Assembly (NCBI GenBank): GCA_944358415.1
Contig: CALVRA010000005.1
Coordinates: 6,778 to 70,777 of the forward strand
Direction of reading: 5' to 3'
Source: an uncultured Bacilli bacterium
Lineage (GTDB): Bacteria > Bacillota_I > Bacilli_A > RF39 > UBA660
Length of the DNA: 64,000 bases
Part shown: in pieces, positions 46,096-54,817 of the stretch
Layout of the letters: the number at the start of each line of letters is the position of its first letter
How positions within the stretch are numbered: position 1 is the first letter of the stretch
Notes under the pieces: generated by a model
The model's database searches: none
Told to the model about the DNA's origin: nothing
Seen by the model: only the letters and a program-made list of their open reading frames with translations
Position numbers and translations under genes: made by a program

Positions 46096-46695
46096 CTACA
46101 TTTTTTTAATTTTTATTAATGAATGGTGTGTTTTTTCTTCTTGATACGGATATTTTTCTATTTTAGCATCTATTTTGGATAATGTTTTATAATCTGTTTC
46201 ATACATTTTGTTTAGTTCTAATAAATAAAGAGTGTAAATTTGATTACTTAGATTATCATTTAAAAAATTTGGGAGATTTTGTATAAAGTTTTTCCTCATT
46301 TGAGCTTTTTCATAATAAGCCTGAGAAATAAATTTATCATTTTGGTATGGTTCTTCATATTTTGTTGTTTTTAAAATGTTATATGTCGATGGAATTGGTT
46401 TGTTTGCAAAGAAACGATCTATCATATAGTAAATTCGCTCTTGCATATAATTTTTTCTTGTTTGTTCTATTAGATTTATCCAGCTTTGGGCAGGAATTAT
46501 GGGAACTCTTTTTTCTAAGTTAATATTTCCAATGATGTTTTCAACAAATTTTTGCCTTTTTTGGGCACATTGTAAGCAATAACCTGCATTAATCCCATCA
46601 TGATATGTTATTAAGGCTGAGGTGGCACAGCAAATACATCTGTCATCTTTCCTTTGAATATCTAAAATTCTACTTGGTTTATATGGTACAAACAT
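46096..46695 (-). CDS. Hypothetical protein with an N-terminal CxxC...CxxC zinc-ribbon-like motif
   Basis: RCICCATS...GYCLQCAQ. RBS GGAAGTGA. Confidence 0.6.
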   Translation of the reverse strand: MFVPYKPSRILDIQRKDDRCICCATSALITYHDGINAGYCLQCAQKRQKFVENIIGNINLEKRVPIIPAQSWINLIEQTRKNYMQERIYYMIDRFFANKPIPSTYNILKTTKYEEPYQNDKFISQAYYEKAQMRKNFIQNLPNFLNDNLSNQIYTLYLLELNKMYETDYKTLSKIDAKIEKYPYQEEKTHHSLIKIKKM

Positions 46696-46858
46696 ATAAT
46701 ATCACTTCCTTTATATTAATAATAACATAAAATTATGTTTTTTCAATAAAATAATATTGGTATGTGTTTTAATGTTTGAGTTTTATTAATATAGATTTTT
46801 AAATTATATTTTGTCACTAAACTTTTGTTTTTACATATTTTAATGTAGAGGTGAAGTT

Positions 46859-47914
46859 ATGAATAATTTACAGGTGGTAATTGATAGTGGTCATGGAGGT
46901 ACTGATCCAGGTGCGGTTAGTTCATCTGGTGTTAGGGAAAAAGATTTAACATTAATGATTAGTCAGTATATGTATGATGAATTTCAAAAAAGGGGAGTTC
47001 CGGTAACTTTAGTACGCTCAGTAGATGAGACGGTATCACCGACAGAGAGAGTTAATAGAATTTTGGCGGCATATGGTGATAATCCAAATGTAGTGATTAT
47101 TTCTAATCATATTAATGCAGCTGGAAGTGCGACTCAAGGTGCTGAAGGAGCAGAGGTTATATATGCTTTAAGGGATGATAGTAGACTAGCTTCAAATATT
47201 TTAACATCTTTAGGAAATGCTGGCCAAAAGATGAGAAAGTTTTATCAAAGAAGGTTACCAAGTGATACGTCAAAAGATTATTATTTTATTCATAGAAATA
47301 CTGGAAGCAATACGCATCCAGTAATTGTTGAATATGGTTTTATTGATAATCCTGAGGATTTAGCAAAAATCCAAAATAATTATAAAGAATATGTCGATGC
47401 AGTTGTTGATGCGGTAATAGCTACAGCTGAGGGCGAGACAATTTCTAGTATGCCAGGTGATGGCAGTTATTATGTGGTTAAAAGTGGCGATAGTTTATGG
47501 AAAATAGCTAATATGTATGGAATAACGGTTGATGAACTTAAACGTTTGAATAATTTAAGTAGTAATAATTTATCAGTTGGTCAAATATTAGAAATTCCAA
47601 GTAGCTTTGATGATACATCTGATACTTATACTGTTAAAAGTGGCGATAGTTTATGGAAGATTGCGAATATGTATGGGATGACAGTGAGTGAACTTAAAAG
47701 TTTGAATGGTCTTACTTCAGATAATTTAATGGTTGGACAGGTATTAAAGGTTAAAGGTAATGTGAATAGCTCAAATAACACTTATACGGTGAAAGCTGGA
47801 GACAGTTTATGGAATATTGCAAATAGATATGGAATAACAGTCGATGAACTTAAGCGATTAAATAATTTAAGTAGTAATGTTTTAATGATTGGACAGGTAC
47901 TTAATTTACCTTAG
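46859..47914 (+). CDS. N-acetylmuramoyl-L-alanine amidase (Amidase_3) with three LysM domains; no signal peptide
   Basis: VVIDSGHGGTDPGA...ISNHINA...VEYGF... then three copies of Y.VKSGDSLW.IAN.YG.TV.ELK.LN.L.S..L.VGQ.L. Confidence 0.9.
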   Translation: MNNLQVVIDSGHGGTDPGAVSSSGVREKDLTLMISQYMYDEFQKRGVPVTLVRSVDETVSPTERVNRILAAYGDNPNVVIISNHINAAGSATQGAEGAEVIYALRDDSRLASNILTSLGNAGQKMRKFYQRRLPSDTSKDYYFIHRNTGSNTHPVIVEYGFIDNPEDLAKIQNNYKEYVDAVVDAVIATAEGETISSMPGDGSYYVVKSGDSLWKIANMYGITVDELKRLNNLSSNNLSVGQILEIPSSFDDTSDTYTVKSGDSLWKIANMYGMTVSELKSLNGLTSDNLMVGQVLKVKGNVNSSNNTYTVKAGDSLWNIANRYGITVDELKRLNNLSSNVLMIGQVLNLP

Positions 47915-47916
47915 AA

Positions 47917-48972
47917 TTATTTAATATTTTGAACAAGGTCAAATTTATATCCTTGTTTTTTCATGGTTTTTATAAATGTATCTAGAGCAAGATAGTTGCC
48001 TTTGTTTTTAGGATGGAGTAGATATATGGCCCCATTATGTACTTTTTTTGTGAGTTCATTTAAAGCTTTTTCTTTTGATACATCTTCTTCGAAATCTAGA
48101 TAATAAGCACTATAAAAATATGTTTTGTAACCTAAATCTTTTAGTATTTGGAGGGATCTATAGCTCCATTCACCGCGTGGTTCTCTATATATTTTTTGCA
48201 TCTTTTTACCGGTGATATTATAGTATGTTTGTTCGACCGAAGTTATTTCTTCTAGGTATTTGTTAAAATTTTCTTTAGTGGCTAAAGATGGCATGTTTAA
48301 ATGATGCGATGTATGATTGGCTATTGTGTGACCGTTATTATCCATTTGTTTTATTAAATCGGCGTTCATTTCCATATATTTTCGGCATAGGAAAAATGTG
48401 GCTTTGATATTATTTTGATCTAATACGCTGACTATTTCTTTGACATAAGTATCATTACTTCCTTCATCAAATGTTAAATATAAAACTTTTTCATCAGGTC
48501 CCATGTAGTAAGCATTATATTTTTTTAGTTCATTTATATCGGCTCCGCCTGTTGGCCTTTGACCGTTTGATTTATTATTGCTCCACCAACCTCTTGATGT
48601 ATTATCAATGTTATTGTAAGATTCTTTATATATTGGATTGTTGGGTTTGACTATTTTAACAAATCTATGAGCTTTGGCTGTTAGATTATTTTTGGTTTTG
48701 ACTGTATAAGTTATTTGATAGGTACCTTGTTTATTTGTGTTTATATTTCCTTTAATTTTAACTTTATTGGTGATGTTTTTACCGTTTTCATCAAAGGCTT
48801 TATATCCTGGTTCTTTATACGTATTTCCTTCGGCTAAGGTGATAATGTTTTTTCCATTTAGATGAATTGATGGAACTTTGATGGTATTTTTTTGGATAAA
48901 TTTGAAATATATGGTAAGGGCAATTAAGATAGTGATGATGAGAGATAAAAAAATTTTTATTTTTTTTAACAT
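47917..48972 (-). CDS. Polysaccharide deacetylase (NodB/PdaA-like) with an N-terminal anchor and an Ig-like domain
   Basis: ...VLYLTFDEGSNDTY...ATFFLC...ANHTSHH... Confidence 0.8.
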   Translation of the reverse strand: MLKKIKIFLSLIITILIALTIYFKFIQKNTIKVPSIHLNGKNIITLAEGNTYKEPGYKAFDENGKNITNKVKIKGNINTNKQGTYQITYTVKTKNNLTAKAHRFVKIVKPNNPIYKESYNNIDNTSRGWWSNNKSNGQRPTGGADINELKKYNAYYMGPDEKVLYLTFDEGSNDTYVKEIVSVLDQNNIKATFFLCRKYMEMNADLIKQMDNNGHTIANHTSHHLNMPSLATKENFNKYLEEITSVEQTYYNITGKKMQKIYREPRGEWSYRSLQILKDLGYKTYFYSAYYLDFEEDVSKEKALNELTKKVHNGAIYLLHPKNKGNYLALDTFIKTMKKQGYKFDLVQNIK

Positions 48973-49070
48973 GAAAACACCTCATGAAATTATACTAGAT
49001 TTAGTTTTAAAATATGAAAGGTTTGCGTATTTGTATAAAGTAATATATAATGTATATTGGAGGATAAAAT

Positions 49071-50441
49071 ATGAGGGTAAAAAAGGAAATTAATTCAGCT
49101 ATTTTTAGAGAATATGATGTTAGAGGTATATATGATTTAGATATTGATGAGGATGTTTCTTATACTGTTGGTAAAGCTTTTGGAAGTTATGTTCAGATAC
49201 ATGGATTAGATAAAGTTATTGTAGGCCATGACAATAGGGAAAGTTATAAGGTTATTTATCCGGCTTTGATTAATGGACTTTTGGATAGTGGAGTAGATGT
49301 TATTAGTTTAGGTTATGTGACTACGCCAATGCATAATTATGCGAAAATCTATTTAAATGTCTCTGCAGCTATTATGGTTACAGCTAGTCATAATCCTAAA
49401 GAATATAATGGTTTTAAAATATCTATGAATAAGAATGATTCTTTATTTGGAAAGGATTTGCAGGATTTTAAAAAATTTTTAGATAAGTATGAGTATATGG
49501 ATGGGGAAGGAAAAATAGAGAGTATTGATATTTTTCCTAGTTATTTAGATAATTTAAAGACTTCTTTAAATTTTGGTGATAGAAAAGTTAATGTTATAGT
49601 GGACTGTGGGAATGGGACAGGAAGTTTATTTATTAGAGATATTATGAAAGAGTTTAATATTAACTGTCAGTTTTTATTTTGTGAAAGTGACTCTAATTTT
49701 CCAAATCATGTTCCAGATCCGGCAGTTAAAGATAATTTGAAAGTTTTAGGAAATACGGTTAGGGAATTTCATTTTGATTTAGGGGTTTCTGTTGATGGTG
49801 ATTGTGACAGATGTGGTCTTGTTTTAGAGGATGGTAGTTTTGTTTCGGCGGATATGATTATGGCTTTATTTTACCGTGATTTAGCTTCTAAAATGAAAGT
49901 TAAGAAAGGTGTATTTGATGTTAAGTGTTCACTTTCTTTGATTGATGAGATTAAAAAGCTTGGTTTAAAACCCTGTATGAATAGAACTGGTAGTGTGTAT
50001 TGCCGCAGGTATGTAAGTGAGAATGATTTATTCTTTGGTGGTGAGTATTCTGGTCATTTATTTTTTAGAGATAGGTATTTAGGATATGATGATGGAATAT
50101 ATGGAATACTTAGGATTATTGAGCTGCTTTCAAAAACTGATAAAAAAATTAGTGAATTATTTGAAGGAATGAATCATTACTTTTCTACTGAAGAGATTAA
50201 AATTAGGGTTAGAGATGATAATAAGTTTAAAATAGTTGATGAAGTTATAGATTATGCGAAAGATAAAAATTATAATTTTTCTTTGGTAGATGGTATTAGA
50301 GTTATGTTTGATGATGGTTGGGCTTTAGTTAGAGCGAGTAATACAGGTCCTGATTTGACTGTTAGATTTGAGGCTAAAACAGAAAGAAGACTTAAAGAAA
50401 TTCAAGATGAGTTTACTTTAGTTATTGATAAAGTAAAATAA
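49071..50441 (+). CDS. Phosphomannomutase/phosphoglucomutase
   Basis: FREYDVRGIY..., active-site TASHNPKEYNGFK, Mg loop DGDCDR. Confidence 0.85.
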   Translation: MRVKKEINSAIFREYDVRGIYDLDIDEDVSYTVGKAFGSYVQIHGLDKVIVGHDNRESYKVIYPALINGLLDSGVDVISLGYVTTPMHNYAKIYLNVSAAIMVTASHNPKEYNGFKISMNKNDSLFGKDLQDFKKFLDKYEYMDGEGKIESIDIFPSYLDNLKTSLNFGDRKVNVIVDCGNGTGSLFIRDIMKEFNINCQFLFCESDSNFPNHVPDPAVKDNLKVLGNTVREFHFDLGVSVDGDCDRCGLVLEDGSFVSADMIMALFYRDLASKMKVKKGVFDVKCSLSLIDEIKKLGLKPCMNRTGSVYCRRYVSENDLFFGGEYSGHLFFRDRYLGYDDGIYGILRIIELLSKTDKKISELFEGMNHYFSTEEIKIRVRDDNKFKIVDEVIDYAKDKNYNFSLVDGIRVMFDDGWALVRASNTGPDLTVRFEAKTERRLKEIQDEFTLVIDKVK

Positions 50442-50502
50442 AAAATAAATTATATGGTATTTTTATTGCAATAAGCATTAAAATATTATATAATTTTTAT
50501 AT

Positions 50503-50576
50503 GCCGCAATAGTATAAAGGTATTACGAGGCCATGGTAAGGCTTTAATCGGCGTTCGATTCTCCGTTGCGGCACCA
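50503..50576 (+). tRNA. tRNA-Thr (anticodon GGT)
   Basis: GCCGCAA acceptor, anticodon loop ATGGTAA, TTCGATT T-loop, encoded CCA. One C-U mismatch in the T-stem (52-62). Confidence 0.8.
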
Positions 50577-50667
50577 TTTTGAAATCAATTCTCTTAATAT
50601 ATAAGGAAATTTTTAATTTTTAAAATTATTTTGATATTAATTTTAAATAAAAATATAATTTGTAGTT

Positions 50668-50745
50668 AAAATGCACATTCATTGTGCATTTTTTGTCAAA
50701 AAAACAAAGAAATGCACAAAGTTTTTGAAATATTGTGCATTTTTA
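50668..50745. repeat. Left copy of a ~78-bp double-hairpin repeat flanking fic
   Basis: AAAATGCACA-ttcat-TGTGCATTTT, then AAATGCACAA-agtttttgaaata-TTGTGCATTT. About 80% identical to 51859-51936. Confidence 0.7.
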
Positions 50746-50772
50746 TTTACTTTTTAATGTGGTTATGATATT

Positions 50773-51873
50773 ATGACTTTAGAGGTGATTAGTGTGGAAC
50801 CGATGAAAGTAAAGAGATTACCTATGGATTATGTTATGGATAAAGAATTACTTAGATTGCTTGCTGATGCAAATTCAAAATATGCTGAGTATAAAACATA
50901 TTTGAAAAATGTTGAATTTGATTCAAAGTTTTTTTTGGACTCAATAATTCTTAGTGAAAGTTTGAAATCTACGCAAATTGAGGGTACTCAAATTTCACAG
51001 GATGATATGTATTATTTAAAGTATATGCCTAAAAATGATGAAACTAAAGAAATTCAAAATTTAAAAAAGGTTATAGAATATTCCAAAGAATATTTGAATA
51101 AAAATAATGAAATTAATTTAGTTTTTGTGAATAATATACATAAAATTCTTTTAGATAGTGTTAGAGGAAATGAAAAAGAACCTGGTCATGTCAGAAATAT
51201 TCAAAATTGGATTGGACCAAAAGGTTGTAGTATTGATGAAGCTATTTTTGTACCGCCTATTCCTGAGGATGTTCCAATTCTTTTAGATAATCTTTTTAAA
51301 TACATGAATGATGCGTTTATAGATCCTATATTTATAAATATGGCTATATCGCATTCACAGTTTGAAACGATTCATGCTTATAGAGATGGAAATGGAAGAT
51401 TAGGAAGAGCACTTATTCCAATTCAATTAGCTAATTTAACTGAGGATAAACCGATTTTATTTTTATCAGAAGTTATAGAATTATATAAACCTAGTTATCA
51501 TAAGTTTTTAAACGAAAGTAGAAAAGGTAATATGCTTGGGTTTATTAAATTTTTCTTACAATGTATAATTGAACAGTGTGAAAATTATATAGCTAAAATA
51601 AAAATGATTAAACAAATTTTTAAAAAAGACATGGAAAAGATTAAAGTGTTGAGAAGAACTGCTGTTTATAGAATTATGCCAGCAATGATGCATCAAATTG
51701 TATTTACAAAAAAGGAAATTGTGGAGGAATCTGGTGTTTCAAGAAATACAGTTTCAAAGATAATAGATGAATTAGTAGAACTTGGCATACTAATTGCAGA
51801 TTCATCTCATACTAAGTTAGGGTATAGGTATGAAGAAATTTATAATGTCTTTGTTGGTAAAAATGCACAATGA
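50773..51873 (+). CDS. fic: Fic-family protein (class II, N-terminal inhibitory motif) with a C-terminal winged-helix domain
   Basis: Fic motif HAYRDGNGRLGR (51373-51408). Inhibitory S-x-x-x-E-G motif as STQIEG. The GTG at 50794 after AGGTGA is an alternative start. Confidence 0.85.
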   Translation: MTLEVISVEPMKVKRLPMDYVMDKELLRLLADANSKYAEYKTYLKNVEFDSKFFLDSIILSESLKSTQIEGTQISQDDMYYLKYMPKNDETKEIQNLKKVIEYSKEYLNKNNEINLVFVNNIHKILLDSVRGNEKEPGHVRNIQNWIGPKGCSIDEAIFVPPIPEDVPILLDNLFKYMNDAFIDPIFINMAISHSQFETIHAYRDGNGRLGRALIPIQLANLTEDKPILFLSEVIELYKPSYHKFLNESRKGNMLGFIKFFLQCIIEQCENYIAKIKMIKQIFKKDMEKIKVLRRTAVYRIMPAMMHQIVFTKKEIVEESGVSRNTVSKIIDELVELGILIADSSHTKLGYRYEEIYNVFVGKNAQ

Positions 51874-51936
51874 TTGTGCATTTTTTGATTAAAAAAAGAA
51901 AAAAAGCACATTTTTTTTGAAATGTTGTGCTTTTTT
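51859..51936. repeat. Right copy of the double-hairpin repeat
   Basis: AAAAATGCAC-aatgatt-GTGCATTTTT overlaps the fic stop codon. AAAAAGCACA-ttttttttgaaatgt-TGTGCTTTTT overlaps the stop of the convergent gene. Confidence 0.7.
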
Positions 51937-52582
51937 AAAAATAAAGATATTTGAAACCTAATTTTTTATATATGGAAGATGCTCTTGGAAGATCTAAAAG
52001 GTTTGTAAATATTAAATTATATAATTCATCAGCTAGGAAGATGAAACATAAAGTATAACTGATGATTAAAAATGTTTTTTTGTTTAATTTATTAGCAAGA
52101 TAAAAGCAAAAGGGAACAATAAGATACATTAATATAAGACTCATAATTCCAAATATTAAAATACTTCTTAGACAAACATAGCCATTTATGTTGCCAAAGT
52201 TTAATATTTCTTTATTATAGTCCCAACATTTTACATCATTAAAATGTTCCATATAGTAGCCACCAATATATTCTAATATTCCACTTGCTATGATACTTAT
52301 TAAGAAAATATATAGTGGGTGTTTTCTTTTTTTATAAGTTAATATAAATATGGCAGTGGCACCTATGGCATAGATATTAATCCATGGTAAAAAATTACCA
52401 CCTCTAAAGTAAAATGTTTTCATGCCACTATTAAAAAAGTAAAAAATAAATTCATATAGCCATCCTGCGATTCCTGATATTACTATTATTAGACAAATTA
52501 TAGCTAAAAGTGTTTTTTTATCAAATTTTTGATCGTTTTCTATATAGTTTTTTATATATTTTTTCATACATCTCACATCCAT
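51935..52582 (-). CDS. Polytopic membrane protein (PF06541-like, putative ABC-transporter type IV family)
   Basis: ...GIAGWLYEFIFYFFNSG...GGNFLPWINIYAIGA... The start may be the ATG at 52567. Confidence 0.65.
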   Translation of the reverse strand: MDVRCMKKYIKNYIENDQKFDKKTLLAIICLIIVISGIAGWLYEFIFYFFNSGMKTFYFRGGNFLPWINIYAIGATAIFILTYKKRKHPLYIFLISIIASGILEYIGGYYMEHFNDVKCWDYNKEILNFGNINGYVCLRSILIFGIMSLILMYLIVPFCFYLANKLNKKTFLIISYTLCFIFLADELYNLIFTNLLDLPRASSIYKKLGFKYLYF

Positions 52583-52682
52583 TTATATTTTATCAAAAAT
52601 TTAAATTTATTGTAATATGTAAATCTTTACAATTAGGCTTTTTACGTGTTATCATTATTATGAAAATAAGGTAGGTGTTTTT

Positions 52683-53624
52683 ATGCTTAAGGTTTTTAAG
52701 AATGATTTAAATAGTACTGTAAAAGAAGAAAATACTTTTGAAAAGAATAGTTGGATAGATATTGTTAATCCTAATAAAGAAGAAATTCAAAAGATTTCTG
52801 AGGTGTGTAAGATTAATTCATCTATTATTTTACAGGTTTTGGTGGAAAAGGAGTTGCCTAGGGTTAAAAAATTTGATGGGGGAGTTTTGATTGTAATTGA
52901 TGTTCCTTACATGAAAGATAAAAGTATTAGAAATAAATATGTTACTTATCCGCTTGGTATTATTCTTTGTGATAGTAATTATATTTTGACAGTTTCTTTG
53001 GTGGAACATGAGTTTTTGAATAAGTTTAAACAAAATAAGGTTGAAGATTTTGAGGTGACAGAAAGAGAACGTTTTTTAATGCAGATACTTTTTAATTCAT
53101 CAAGTGCTTATTTATATACTTTAGATGTTTTAGATGCGGATATTAAAAGAATAGAGAAAAGTAGTTATCATTCAACTAATAATAAGCAGATGCTTAATTT
53201 TTTAAATATTCAAAAGTCACTTGTTTATTTTATTACTTCATTAAAGGCAAATAGTATGGTTTTAGAAAAACTACAAAAGGAAAATGTTGTTGCTTTAAAT
53301 AAGGAAGAGAAAATTTTATTAGAAGATGCAGTACTTGAAAATAAGCAGTGTATTGAAAGTAGTATGATTTTTAGGGAAATTTTATCATCAACTATTGATG
53401 CTTATGGAACTATTATTTCTAATAATTTGAATGTTATTATGAAGTTTTTAACAGGTATTACAATTGTATTTTCAGTTCCGACGATGATTGCTTCATTTTT
53501 AGGAATGAATGTGCCTTTGGGTGCTTTGGGTGAGAGTGATATATCATTTATTTTGATATGTATTGTTTCTTTTATTGTATCATTTATATTAGCAATGTGG
53601 CTTAATAAAAAAAATATGCTTTAG
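52683..53624 (+). CDS. CorA-family magnesium/cobalt transport protein
   Basis: C-terminal ...FLGMNVPL... (GMN motif) between two TM helices. Confidence 0.85.
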   Translation: MLKVFKNDLNSTVKEENTFEKNSWIDIVNPNKEEIQKISEVCKINSSIILQVLVEKELPRVKKFDGGVLIVIDVPYMKDKSIRNKYVTYPLGIILCDSNYILTVSLVEHEFLNKFKQNKVEDFEVTERERFLMQILFNSSSAYLYTLDVLDADIKRIEKSSYHSTNNKQMLNFLNIQKSLVYFITSLKANSMVLEKLQKENVVALNKEEKILLEDAVLENKQCIESSMIFREILSSTIDAYGTIISNNLNVIMKFLTGITIVFSVPTMIASFLGMNVPLGALGESDISFILICIVSFIVSFILAMWLNKKNML

Positions 53625-53707
53625 GTGTTAAGTTATGTAATTTGGCTGTTTAATTATTAATTATATGGGTAAAATATGTTATGATATATATGAAAGGTAG
53701 GGATTAT

Positions 53708-54451
53708 ATGTTACCAGGAAAAGTAGCAATTATAACAGGTGGAACTAGAGGAATTGGTTTTGCGACAGTGAGAAAATTTTTAGATAATGGGGCAACAGTA
53801 ATTCTTTTTGGTTCTAAAGAAGAGAGTGTTCAAAAGGCTTTAACTATATTAAAACAGGAAAATCCTAATTATCAAGTTATTGGGATGCAACCTGATATTA
53901 CTGATTTAGGGGCTGTTGAAAGATCTTTTGCGGATATTAAAAATAGATTTGGTAAAATTGATATTTTAGTTAATAATGCAGGTGTTTCTTCAAGTACTAG
54001 TTTATATAATTATGATGAATATGAATTTGAAAATATTATCAATTTAAATTTAAAGGCAGTTTTTAACTGCTCTAAAGTAGCAGCCAAATATATGAAGGAA
54101 AATGGTGGTGGCGTAATTTTAAACACTAGTTCAATGGTTAGTATTTATGGTCAGGCTGCAGGATGTGGATATCCGGCTAGCAAGTTTGCGGTTAATGGGT
54201 TAACTAAGTCTTTGGCTAGAGAACTTGGACGTGATCATATTAGAGTTAATGCAGTTGCGCCTGGAGTTATTCATACGGATATGGTTGACAGTTTATCTGA
54301 GGAGATGATTAGGCCTATTGTGGCTTCTATTCCACTTGGTAGGATGGGAGAGCCTGAGGATATTGCGAATGCATTTTTGTTTTTGGCAAGTGATTTAGCA
54401 AGTTTTATTACAGGAGCTATTTTATCAGTTGATGGAGCTGGAATGTCTTGA
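53708..54451 (+). CDS. SDR-family oxidoreductase (FabG-like)
   Basis: TGGTRGIG, NNAG, and S...Y...K (YPASK). Confidence 0.85.
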   Translation: MLPGKVAIITGGTRGIGFATVRKFLDNGATVILFGSKEESVQKALTILKQENPNYQVIGMQPDITDLGAVERSFADIKNRFGKIDILVNNAGVSSSTSLYNYDEYEFENIINLNLKAVFNCSKVAAKYMKENGGGVILNTSSMVSIYGQAAGCGYPASKFAVNGLTKSLARELGRDHIRVNAVAPGVIHTDMVDSLSEEMIRPIVASIPLGRMGEPEDIANAFLFLASDLASFITGAILSVDGAGMS

Positions 54452-54479
54452 CATTCTTTTTATTTTGTTATAATATGCT

Positions 54480-54501
54480 TATATGAACAGATATTCATAT
54501 A
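54480..54501. promoter_or_regulatory. ArsR/SmtB-type operator
   Basis: TATATGAA-cagata-TTCATATA inverted repeat, just downstream of the TATAAT (54469-54474). From memory it resembles CzrA/CadC-type operators. Confidence 0.6.
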
Positions 54502-54514
54502 GGGAGGAAATTAA

Positions 54515-54817
54515 ATGCATAGTAAGGAATTTTTAGGAGGATTAGCTGAGTTTTTTAAGATTTTTGGAGATGAGACGAGAATTAGAATACTTGATTTATT
54601 AATTAATAAAAAATTTTCAGTTAATGAAATATCAAGGAAGTTAGATGTGAGTCAGTCTGCAGTTTCTCATCAACTTAAGACACTTAGAAGTTCTAATTTG
54701 GTTAAGACGAATAAAGTGGGTCAAACTGTTTATTATAGTATTTCTGATGAACATATTTCAGTTATATTGAAGTATGGAATAGAGCATTTGAAGGAGAAGG
54801 TAAATTATGAAGATTAG
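54515..54817 (+). CDS. ArsR/SmtB-family metalloregulator
   Basis: ...FKIFGDETRIRILDLL....FSVNEISRKLDVSQSAVSHQLKTLR... Confidence 0.9.
   Translation: MHSKEFLGGLAEFFKIFGDETRIRILDLLINKKFSVNEISRKLDVSQSAVSHQLKTLRSSNLVKTNKVGQTVYYSISDEHISVILKYGIEHLKEKVNYED

Noticed and set aside
47440-47914. Three ~190-bp DNA repeats
   Set aside because: They encode the three LysM domains of the amidase. They are an in-frame domain repeat, not a mobile or regulatory repeat.
52583-52682. Possible magnesium riboswitch (M-box) upstream of the CorA-family gene
   Set aside because: The leader is only about 100 nt, is AT-rich and has no extended helices. It is too short and unstructured for an M-box.
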